A program made the translations under genes and the position numbers. Below are positions 36,606 to 47,225 of a stretch of DNA of 64,000 nucleotides, piece after piece (within the stretch, counting starts at the first letter, position 1; every line of letters begins with the position of its first letter). The notes beneath the pieces are model-generated. The model was given only the letters and a program-made list of their open reading frames with translations. It did no database searches and was not told where the DNA came from. Source of the stretch: Eledone cirrhosa (taxonomy: Eukaryota); contig OZ024745.1 in assembly GCA_964016885.1 (NCBI GenBank), positions 13,950,001-14,014,000 on the forward strand. Reading direction: 5' to 3'.

Positions 36606-36700
36606 GGTCTGACAAGCTTTTCATTCCAGAGTCGGACCAGATCGACACAGATCCAACCTTGAGCTGATCAGTGGCGAAACGCGCGCCACCAATCAATAAA
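36606..36700 (+). ncRNA. Degenerate hammerhead, family H2 (probably inactive)
   Basis: GGU-CUGACAA...CAGAGTCGG..CCTTGAGCTGATCA..GAAAC-GCGC-GCC-ACC..AATAAA is colinear with 33299-33400. Core G8 and U16.1 are mutated. Confidence 0.5.
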
Positions 36701-36747
36701 CGTAATGAAGATATAATAAATCTTCCTTGTATTATATATATATATAA

Positions 36748-36940
36748 GGGCGGTGGATTGGCAGTATCGGTAGAGATTCGGATGCCATGCTTTGCAGCAT
36801 AGAGTTACGGCCCTTTATGATCTGAGTTCAAATCCCGCCGAGGTTAACTTTGCCTTTCATCCTTACGGGGTCGATAAAATAAAGTACCAGTAATGTACTG
36901 GGTAATTGCTGGCCTTGTGCCTAAAGTAGAAACAATTATA
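36748..36940 (+). mobile_element. SINE type 1 inserted in (TA)n
   Basis: Full-length head, core and tail. Confidence 0.9.
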
Positions 36941-37034
36941 TATATATATATATATGTATATCATGGGTTTGACGAGTTATCCTGTTGTGAGCAATGCCAG
37001 GTCAGGTGACCACGTCTTGCTCATACAGAACTCA

Positions 37035-37263
37035 TTAACCCTTTATCATTTACATTACTCTATATATACTATTGTGTTTTTGTGGTATAGGCTTTGTTTC
37101 ACATAACAATCCCCCATAATATCGACTCTATGAAATTTTGATGTTATTTATTTTGAGGACAATACCTTAACATTAGTATGAGTGGCCAGTTTAAACCGGT
37201 TTGAACAGGAAGAGGTCAGAGAATTCTGGCCGGATACAGCCAGTTTAAATGCTAAAGGGTTAA
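37035..37263. mobile_element. piggyBac-like MITE family A
   Basis: TTAA-CCCTTTATCATTTA...TAAATGCTAAAGGG-TTAA. Confidence 0.85.
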
Positions 37264-37283
37264 TATATAATATTAATATTATT

Positions 37284-38386
37284 AGAGGGTTCTATAGAAA
37301 TAGTGGACAGCTTCCGTTACCTGGGTGACAAAATCAGCAGTGGGGGAGGGTGCTCTGAAAGTACAGTAGCTAGAGTCAGAACTGGATGGAAAAAGTTCAG
37401 AGAGCTTATACCACTATTAGCCGCTAGAGGGTTCTCCCTAAAAATGAAAGGCAGGTTATACGATGCCTGCATACGAACAGCAATGCTGCATGGCAGTGAG
37501 ACCTGGGCATTGTGTGCAGAGGATATACGCAGACTAGAGAGGAACGAAGCTTGCATGCTCCGCTGGATGTGCAATAGTAATATACGTGAACGGCAAAGCA
37601 TAAACGAACTAAGGAAAAAATTAGAAATAAGAGGGATCAGATGTTGTTTACTCGAGAGAAGGCTACGTTGGTACGGTCACGTGATGCGCATGAAAGACGA
37701 CAGCTGTATAACAAAGTGCAGGGCAATAAAGATAGACGGTAGCCACGGAGTAGGCAGACCCAGAAAAACATGGGACGAGCTGATAAATTCCGACCTCACA
37801 CGCTTACACCTCTCCAAGACAATGTCACTGGACCGAGACCTTTGGCGGTACTCAGTAATAGAGAAGACCCGCCTTACCTAAATACAAAGTAAAAACCTAC
37901 TACAGTCAGTAGGCATCTCTATCAAAACACCCCCCCGTCCCACCACCTCCACCCCATCCACACCGCCCCTTTCAATGTAAAGTTATGTTGGTCCCACAAC
38001 ATCCAGGCCGAAACAAATGAGATCGTGTAGGTGTCACGACAAAAAAACACACAGTCCATGCTGTAAATGTGGCCGTGTAGGCAACACGGTAAAAACCTCC
38101 CAGCCCCACACTGTAAATGTGGTTGGTGTTAGGAAGGGCATCCAGCTGTAGAAAACCCGCCAGACAGTCCACGCTGTAATGTGGCCGTGTAGGCAACACG
38201 GTAAAAACCTCCCAGCCCCACACTGTAAATGTGGTTGGTGTTAGGAAGGGCATCCAACTGTAGAAAACCCACCAGACAGTCCTATGCGAGCAAGACAACC
38301 ACTCTTGCCTCAAGTGGGAAAACCCCCGTCCAAACCCATGCAAGCGTGGAACACGGACGCTAAACCTGATGATGATGATGATGATG
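37284..38386 (+). mobile_element. 5'-truncated RTE LINE with a ~113-bp tandem duplication in the 3' UTR
   Basis: ORF 37303-37881 (FRYLGD..GWKKFREL..LHGSETW..LRWYGHV); duplicated unit starts at 38051 and 38164; (GAT)n tail. Confidence 0.93.
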
Positions 38387-38419
38387 AATATATATATACA
38401 TACACAGGAACTTCATATA

Positions 38420-38660
38420 GAACAACACTATAGTCATTGCCTCTCACCATTGCACAACCACTTAGAAACAGACTAAAAATAGAACTAAATCCACTGGCAA
38501 CTGACGTCTTAGCAGTAATATCGAAACACATCAAATATAACAAACCATCATACTTAACAGAGTTACACACACATATATATGTACAGAAGACAACAACAAA
38601 CATTTTAAGGTCGTCTTCCCTACTAAAAAAGGGGTTAGTCTTGCAAGCACCTTAACAAAC
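38420..38660 (+). pseudogene. Possible ancient L2/CR1-type LINE C-terminal relic
   Basis: PLRNRLKIE...KHIKYNKPSYLTEL..YVQ...ILRSSS resembles the L2 C-terminal LP..R..FK...PSYL..L..Y...LRSS pattern. Confidence 0.35.
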
Positions 38661-40034
38661 TTCTCCATTTTTCCCTATTGCCTGTATCCCTCCTTACCAA
38701 ACCACTGGCTTTCATTTCATTTTTTATCATTTTAGCCATGTCTTTTAATACCTTCCACATTTATTTCCATAACTCCTCTCACCCAGTCACTTTCATCTTT
38801 CCTCATCACATGGACTCAACCATTTCATTTCATTTTTCTTTACAACATTCATCACTGGTTCTAACCCCATCATCATCTGCAATTTATCACTTGTCTTCCT
38901 CTCTTAACTGTATGGTAGAATAGATACACTGTGTCTCTGCATGTCAATAGAGGTGATGATTAGAAGTGTTGACACCAGAGACAACATCTATATAACATTG
39001 ACAGTCCACATAGAAAATCATTATCATCACTGTTTAACATCCATTTTTCCATGCTAGTATGGGTTAGATGAGTTGTCCTGCTGTGAGACAAGTCAGATCA
39101 GGTAATCGCGTCCTGCAACACAGAACCGTTTCTAGCTTGGTATCTACAGCTGGCTCCCTTTCTTAACCACAACCACATTTACAGCATGGACTGGGTACTT
39201 TTTATCATGGCACCAAAACAACCAACTGACATGATGGACTACAGAGATCAACCAGGAGCCAGTTGACACCATATTTGACCAATAAAGAAACAGCAATGTT
39301 AGTGTACAGACAACATTGTATGTGTAAAGCTGTAAGGTCTAATAGTTAAGGTGTTGGCTTGACAGTTGTAAAATGGTAGGTTTGATTTCTGGATTTGGTG
39401 ATGTGTTGTGTCATTGACGGAGGCACTTCATTTCAAGTCGCTCCAGACTTATCTAAAAGCTGAGTACCAGCAGCAGGTAGTGGTTATCTCTGCAAGAGGC
39501 TGGTATCTCACCTGAGGGGGCCCTTGTACTCTCAGTTGCTTAATGCTAATGAAACCAGAAGCTTTAGTCTAATGGGGCAGACGTTAACTTAATATACTGT
39601 CCCTATGTATCCGGTTTAGAGTAGGTACACCATATTCTTGTGTCGTAAGAAGCAATTAAAAGGGTTGGCATCAGGAAGGGCATCTGGCTGTAAAATATAA
39701 CCTCAAAAATGTCTTGTCCAACCCAGGCCAGCAGTTGACAAAAAAAATGATGATAATGACAATTAGATCCATCACAGATTATGACATCCCTGTCCGATCC
39801 TGTATCTCTCCAGAACAGAGAATACAAATTAGCATACAACATAGTGCACTCAAACCCCATCCTCAAAATGTAAAAAATATCTTTTTCAAGGCCTCTGGAT
39901 ATGCAAAGGAGTTTGTAACTGCATCAAACTACTGAGAAAATACATCGACTGCCAACTACACTCTATAGAATAAACCACTGTCACAAGGTGGTGAAATTTT
40001 ATATTTGGAATGATGAATCAACACATTACACAAA

Positions 40035-40180
40035 ATAATTGTTTCTACTTTAGGCACAAGGCCAGCAATTACCCAGTGCATTACCGGTACTTTATTTTAT
40101 CGATCCCGTAAGGATGAAAGGCAAAGTCAACCTCAGCGGGATTTGAACTCAGACCGTAAAGGGACGTAACTATGCTGGAA
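40035..40180 (-). mobile_element. SINE type 1, 5'-truncated
   Basis: AATAATTGTTTCTACTTTAGGCACAAGG...GGGACGTAACTATGC. Confidence 0.85.
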
Positions 40181-41871
40181 ACAAAATAATGTAACCAAAT
40201 ACCTACATGACACGGGTTATCAAGCTTGATTGATAAACCAAGACTGCTCAACCAGGGCAGTTATGTATTTAATCAAGGTAGGTGACATAATTCAGATACA
40301 TATTTTAATCCTGCTGGTACTAACATGCTTGTAACCAACCCTGAGTCTATAACAGAGAGTTGCCTTATTTAAAGGGTTCAATCCATACAGGCATAGAAAA
40401 ACAGATATAAAATGACGATGATGATGACTAAAAATATATGGTGTCCCTCAATGGGATCGTAACTAGCTGACAATATCTGCACTAGATGTCTGTAATCACG
40501 ATGCATAGGTATTTTCTGTTCACAATGCTGTGGATTCACTGGTTGGAAATGGGTCCATGCACCCCTAGTGAATGTCAACACAAGTACAAATAAATCACTT
40601 GACACCTCCAACAATATACTTCTCTATCCCTCCTGTTTATATTTTACATGATATATCATGCAGTATATCAATAATACAGAGAGAGTATCCCATTAATGTC
40701 AGCAACAACAAAAGTTTCCTAAGCTTTTAGACACCTCACAAGTTGAGATGTTTTACCAGTCAAACCCTTGCACTAAATTCATCACCTGTGTAATATTACC
40801 TCTATATAAACACTGCCCCATAATTCTCCATAATCTTTAGTATATTGAAGCTAACATAAAATCACTGAAAAATTCTCTTTTCTCCTTACTGGCTACCAAA
40901 TATAATCTTACTATATACCTGTACAACCAGTTTGACAACATTATCTACAAACTAGTAACTGAAGTCATCATTGTTGTTTTAACATTCACTTTCCCTGCTA
41001 GCAAGGCTTAGACTGAATTCATATCTTATTAAATCCTTTTATTAATTAATATCTTGGCTTTCGATATTTTTCTTTTTATCATTCATAATTTCACTGAAAA
41101 AGACAAGCAACAACCTCTTTACTAACAATCTGATTATTTTCAACAGGATTTAAACTCTTATTACTGTTATATGCTCTTTTAATTATGGCAGAATTTCTAG
41201 GATTATATTATAAAATAACCTTCTCGAAACTTCTTCCTACTCCCTTCTCTTCTCTACCCCCCCCCCCCCCCCCCATATATCGTATATACGCCTGCAGGTT
41301 CTCTCTCAGCCCCCTCCCTCTCTCTCCAAATATAAAATAAACTTCTTGTGAACTACAAATCTCAGAATTTGTCGATCCCTTATTCTTGGCTGAATCGCAT
41401 GCCCGCTCGCTTTTGTGAAATGTAATGTATTCATCCTATTTTTCTTGTCTCTCCATGTTCCTAGTCCATTCACCTATCAGTATTATATCGTCCGCTTAAC
41501 TTAGAATCCAATCTTTTCTTTTCATTGTTATTTGATAATTCTGTCTGATTGTTCAAAACAATCTTCTTGTATTTTAAAATCCCATAATTTTGTCAGACCC
41601 TCGAAAACAATCTTCTACTTGTATTTAAACTCTTATTACTGTTATATGCTCATTTAATAACCTTCTCGCTAACTCCCCCAGATTCCTCCCCCACTCGCCA
41701 CCATTATTATTTGGTCCAATCATAATTCAGCGGCTTATAATATGTTTCTCCTACCAATCTCTTTCACAAAACCACTACCTCGGCTATCACTCCTTAAGTT
41801 TAGACCTGGTTGCTTTCGATATGATAGATGGACTATAGAATTCTGGAGAGTCTGAAGAATCTGGACACTCA

Positions 41872-44800
41872 ATGACAATGTCAAAGATAAAGATAAATTC
41901 ACCTCATGTGGCCGGACGAAAATGCAAGGACTCCTCTTCTTTATTTCAGCCGCGGATGGCTAACATAACCCCATCTCCCTCACCCCTCCCTGTGCCTCAT
42001 CCTTCCCACCCACCAAACGCAATCCAAAACTTCAGAGTTGGTACCATGAATGTAGACACCTCAAAAGGTCGCTCTAATGAGGTTGTAAAGATGCTTGAAC
42101 GTAAGGAAGTTGATGTTTGCTGTATTCAAGAGACCAGGTGGAGGGGTGGGTCTGCTAGATTCATTGTGAGTAAAAAACGATGCTATAAACTTTTCTGGGT
42201 GGGAAATGACAATAGGCTGGGTGGAGTAGGAATCATGCTAGTAGATAAATGGGTAGATAAGATAATAGACGTAAATAGAGTGAACGACAGAATAATTAAA
42301 ATAAGACTTGACCTAAATAGAACTATTGTGACAATAATATCCGCGTACTGCTTGGCGTTATAAAAGATTCTATGAGTCACTAATGCTCACTACCTCCCAA
42401 ATAACCGACAGTGACTATATAATTATTGCTGGTGACCTAAATGGTCATGTTGGACAACATTGTGACGGCTATGACGGAATCCACGGAGGCTATGGATTTG
42501 GTACTAGAAATGAGGAAGGCTCCAGAATCCTGCAATTCTGTGACGCAAATAACCTAACTATCTGTAACACAAACTTCAAAAAATGAGACAATCACTTGAT
42601 CACCTATAGATCAGGGGAACACGCCAGTCAAATAGATTTATCCCTACCAGAAGACGTGACAGAGTGTCTGTTGTAAACACTAAATCCCTCCCCCATGAAG
42701 AATGCACCTCCCAACATAGCCTCATAGTTAGCGACCACATAGTCAGGACGAGGCGTACTCGACAACAGAGGAGGACTACCCTAAGGAGAAGAATATGGAA
42801 GTTAAAGGACCCCACAGTCAGTAACAAATTTAAAAGCATATTACTTGATGCTTTTGACAGTAAGGAAGAGCAATTAGAGTCGTACAATATAGAGGAACAG
42901 TGGGAATTCCTGAAAGTTAACCTGCTGAAGGCGACAGATGAAATCTGTGGCTGGAGCAGACCTATAGGCAGGAGGAGAGTAACTTGGTGGTGGAACAGTA
43001 AGGTGGAGGAGTCAATCAAGACCAAAAAGCAGGCTTGGAAAGTATGGCAGGATGGGGGAAGTAGAGAAGACTATCAAGAAGGGAAGCTAGGAGACAAGTG
43101 TACTTCGCAAGAACGGAAGCAGAGGAAAGAAAGTTCAAGCATGTTCTACAACGCAAGAACCAAAAACGTGAGTTGTTCAAGATTGCCAGGCAATGTGTCA
43201 AGGAAAACCGTGATATTGTTGGGGAGAAGTGTCCGTAATGATGATGGTGTACTTGCCATCACTGACGCTGATAAAACGGTAGCTTGGTATGTCACTACGA
43301 AAGGCTACTAAATGAGGAGAATAAATGGGACAAAGATAGTCTGCCCCACAGCAATCCAATAGAGGGACCAGCAGTGTTAGTCGAAGGTAGTATAATAAGT
43401 AAGGCAATCAAAGATATGAAGACAGGCAAGGCAGCTGGGCCTTCGGAGATAGTTGCTGAAAATATTTGGAACGGTGGGACACACTATGGTCACACGGATA
43501 GTAAACCAAGTCATACAGAACGGGGTCATACCAAATGACTGGTGTAGCAGCAGCATCATTAACTGCTACAAGGGTAAAGGAGATGCACTAGATAGAAGAA
43601 ACTATAGAGGCATTAAATTAATTGACCAGGTCATGAAGGTCACAGAAAAAGTTATAGCGCAACTAATCAGAGAGCAAATTGATCTAGACGAAATGCAGTT
43701 TGGGTTTGTGTCAGGTAAAAGTACCACATACACCCTTTTCCTTGTACGACAACTACAGGAGAAGTACCTAGCTAAAAGTAAACCCCCTCTACTTAGCTTT
43801 TGTTGACTTGGAGAAAGCCTTTGGCAGAGTCCCCCGCGCCATTATCTGGTAGGCCCTTAGAAAACTAGGGGTTGATGAATGGCTTGTGAGAGCTATACAA
43901 GCCATGTATAGAGAAAAAGTCAGCAAGGTTAGAATTAACAACGAATATAGTGAAGAATTTAGCGAAAAAGTTGGTGTCCATCAAGGCTCTGTCCTTAGCC
44001 CTCTCTATATTCATTATTGCCCTTCACGCCATAACAGAGGAGTTCAAGACCGGTTGCCCATGGGAACTTCTCTATGCAGACGATCTAACGCTCATAGCTG
44101 AATCGATGGCTGAACTAGAGAAGAAATTCCAAACATGGAAGCATGGCTTAGAATCAAAAGGCCTTAAAGTTAACTTGTTTAAGATTAAAGTTCTAGTATG
44201 TAGGAAGGAAAATAGGGCACAGGTCCCCTCTGGGAAATGGCCATGCTCAGTGTGTAGGAAAGGAGTAGGCAGAAATTCCATTTTATGTCCCAAATGCAAA
44301 GTATGGGTGCATAAAAGATGTAGTGGGATCACAAGTAAGCTATCTAAGAATGTAGATTTTATATGTGGCCGGTGCTCCGGTGCAATAAGTAGCAAGCGCC
44401 CACAGGATACTAGCTCCTTCTATTGCCCAGATGGCTCTATAGAAATAGTGGACACCTTCCGTTACCTGGGTGACAAAATCAGCAATGGTAGAGGGTGCTC
44501 AGAAAGTACAGTAGCCAGAGTCAGAACGGGATGGAAAAAGTTCAGAGAGCTTATACCACTATTGGCCACTAAATGTTTCTCTCTAAAAATGAAAGGCGGG
44601 CTGTACGATGCCTGCATACAAACAGCTATGTTACATGGCAGTGAGACATGGGCATTGTGTGCAGAGGATCTGTGCAGACTGGAGAGGAACGAAGCATGCA
44701 TGCTCCGCTGGATGTGTAATAGTAATATACGTGAACAGCAAAGCATAAATGAACTAAGTGAGAAATTAGGTATAAGAGGGATCAGATGCTGTTTACTCGA

Positions 44801-45408
44801 GAGAAGACTACGTTGGTATGGTCACGTGATGCGCATGAAAGATGACAGCTGTATAAAAAAGTGCAGGGCGATCAAAATTGACGGAAGTTACGGAGTAGGC
44901 AGACCCAGAAAAACCTGGGACAATTTGATAAATTCCGACCTTACACACTTACACCTCTCTAAGACAATGTCACTGGACCGAGATCTTTGGCGCCACGCAG
45001 TAATACAGAAAACCCGCTTTGCCTAAGTACAAAGCAAAACCTACAGTCAGTAGGCACCACTTAATAAATATACATCCAACTCCACCACCCCCATCAACAC
45101 CACCCCTTTCTCTGAAAAGTTATGTTGGTACCACAACATCCAGTCCTAAATAAATGAGGTCGTGTAGGTGTCACGACAAAAAAACACACAGTCCACGCTG
45201 TAATGTGGCCGTGTAGGCAACACAGTGAAAACCTCCCAGTCCACACTGTAAACGGGGTTGGTGTTAGGAAGGGCATCCAGCCGTAGAAAACCTGCCAGAC
45301 AGTCCCATACGAGCTAGACGACCAATCTTGCCTCAAATGGGACAATTCCCATCTAAACCAATGTTAGCATGGAAGATAGCCGTTAAACGATGATGATGAT
45401 GATGATGA
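41872..45408 (+). mobile_element. Near-full-length RTE-clade LINE, decayed (APE endonuclease, RT, PHD-like Zn finger), with (GAT)n tail; 5' UTR may extend to ~41260
   Basis: APE motifs VGTMNV, CIQETRW, GVGI, IIAGDLNGHVG, SQH; WWWN; RT motifs NYRGIKLI, QFGF, DLEKAF, GVHQGSVLSP, LYADD, FRYLG; LHGSETW and LRWYGHV. Stops at ~42361, ~42584 and ~43849 plus several frameshifts. Confidence 0.95.
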
Positions 45409-45454
45409 TCAGTTCAGAGAAAGTCAAAGTAATAAGTTAACCTTTTCATGGTGG

Positions 45455-45872
45455 TAAGAAACTGTCAGGGGAGCTGGACAGCAAAAGGTCTTCAGAGAAG
45501 GAACTGTCAGGAGAGTTGGACAGCAGGTCTTGAGAGAAGAAACTGTCAGAAGAGCTGGACAACAGAAGGTCTTGAGAGAAGAAACTGTCAGGAAAAATGG
45601 ACAACAGAAGATCTTCAGAGAAGAAACTGTCAGGGGAGCTGGACAGCAAAAGGTCTTCAGAGAAGAAACTGTCAGGAGAGCTGGACAGCAGAAGGTCTTC
45701 AGAGAAGAGACTCTCAGGAAAGATGGACAGCAGAAGGTCTTCAAAGAAGAAACTCTGAAGAGAGCTGGACAGCAGGTCTTCAGAGAAGAAACTCTCAGGA
45801 GAGCTGGACAGCAGGTCTTCAGAGAAGAAACTTTCAGGAGAGCTGAACAGCAGAAGATCTTGAGAGAAGAAA
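45455..45872. repeat. 39-42-bp minisatellite, ~10 copies
   Basis: Unit GAGAAGAAACT(G/C)TCAGGAGAGCTGGACAGCAG(AAG)GTCTTCA. Confidence 0.93.
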
Positions 45873-46455
45873 CACCCCCTCCTTTAAATTAATATTTTGG
45901 ATCTATATTTCTGATGAAAGACTGCCTACAATTTTCAAATAATTTTGAAAAATAATCAAGAATTTGGAGAGATGTAGTAATATGCCAAGCATGAGCTTGG
46001 CCAGTCTCAATTGGGAGTCCAGTAGCTTCAATTGGAGATGGCTGCTTCTGACAGGATCTGATGGAAGGAGTACTTGAGGACTCTGCTCACACAACCCTCC
46101 CCAGAAAAAGTGAGAGAAGGGGAAAAAAGAAAGAAAGAAAGAAGGTTACCCATCAAAGGCACCATGAAGCAAAGCAGAACACAAGACTACATGGTTGCAA
46201 AGCTTTCAACCACACACCTATACCTGCATCAATATTAATTTAACAGTGTGCCTATACCAAAGTCCTTTATTATTGCACAAGCTTCTAGTTGCATATGTTG
46301 AATAATAAGGGAAATATAGTGACAATATATAGTTACAGCTCACACCTGTAGAGGCTTAGCCAACCTCTTGTGAGGTTACATAGCATAGGAGGTCTCTGGG
46401 GTGTTTTAATGATAGGGAACCCAGTCCTATCATAGTGTCATTATGATAAGAATAC

Positions 46456-46634
46456 GGTGGATTGGCAGTATCGGTAGAGGGTCGGACGCCATGCTTTCCA
46501 GCATAGTTACGTCCCTTTACGATCTGAGTTCAAATCCCGCCGGTTAACTTTGCCTTTCATCCTTACGGGGTCGATAAAATAAAGTACCAGTAATGCACTG
46601 GGTAATTGCTGGCCTTGTGCCTAAAGTGGAAACA
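46456..46634 (+). mobile_element. SINE type 1 with 16-bp TSD
   Basis: ATTATGATAAGAATAC at 46440-46455 and 46635-46650. Confidence 0.9.
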
Positions 46635-46934
46635 ATTATGATAAGAATACAATCTAGAAACATGACTCCACCAACAGCAGAGTTTCTAATATAAATAACC
46701 ATCATAATCATCAAGACATCATCATGATCAAACACAAAACAAGGATGCTATTAATTACCTACACCCCACCTACCTCATTCACAAAACATTGAAAAGAGAT
46801 AGTATTTATTTAAATGATGTACACATCAACCAAGAATATTCACATTTTGTCAACATTTAGAACATGTGGACAAAATATATCAGACCCCCTGGGGAATAAT
46901 CAGAGCCACCTTGCCTTTTTTATTTTAATCAATT

Positions 46935-47150
46935 AGGCAGTGGATTGGCAGTATCAGTAGAGTGCCGAACAACATGCTTTGCAGCATATAGTCATGTTCT
47001 GAGTTCAAATCCTGCCAAAGCTAACTTTGCCTTTTATCCTTACAGAAGTCAATAAAATAAAATACCAGTAATGCACTGGTGTTGATTTAATTGACTTTCC
47101 CCTTCATCAAAATTGTTGGCTTTGTGGGTAAATCAGAAACTGTTATTTTA
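46935..47150 (+). mobile_element. Diverged SINE type 1
   Basis: GGCAGTGGATTGGCAGTATCAGTAG..GAGTTCAAATCC..AATAAAATACCAGTAATGCACTGG. Confidence 0.8.
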
Positions 47151-47178
47151 ATCAATTATCCACAAGAGAGAGAGAGAG

Positions 47179-47225
<47 letters not shown>

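Noticed and set aside
39770-39935. Faint resemblance to a Penelope-like C-terminal peptide (YNIVHSNPILK..ISFSRP)
   Set aside because: Short, interrupted by stops, and not supportable without a profile search.
45424-45892. Overlapping 100-130-aa ORFs after the RTE tail
   Set aside because: Products of a 39/42-bp minisatellite whose unit lengths are multiples of three.
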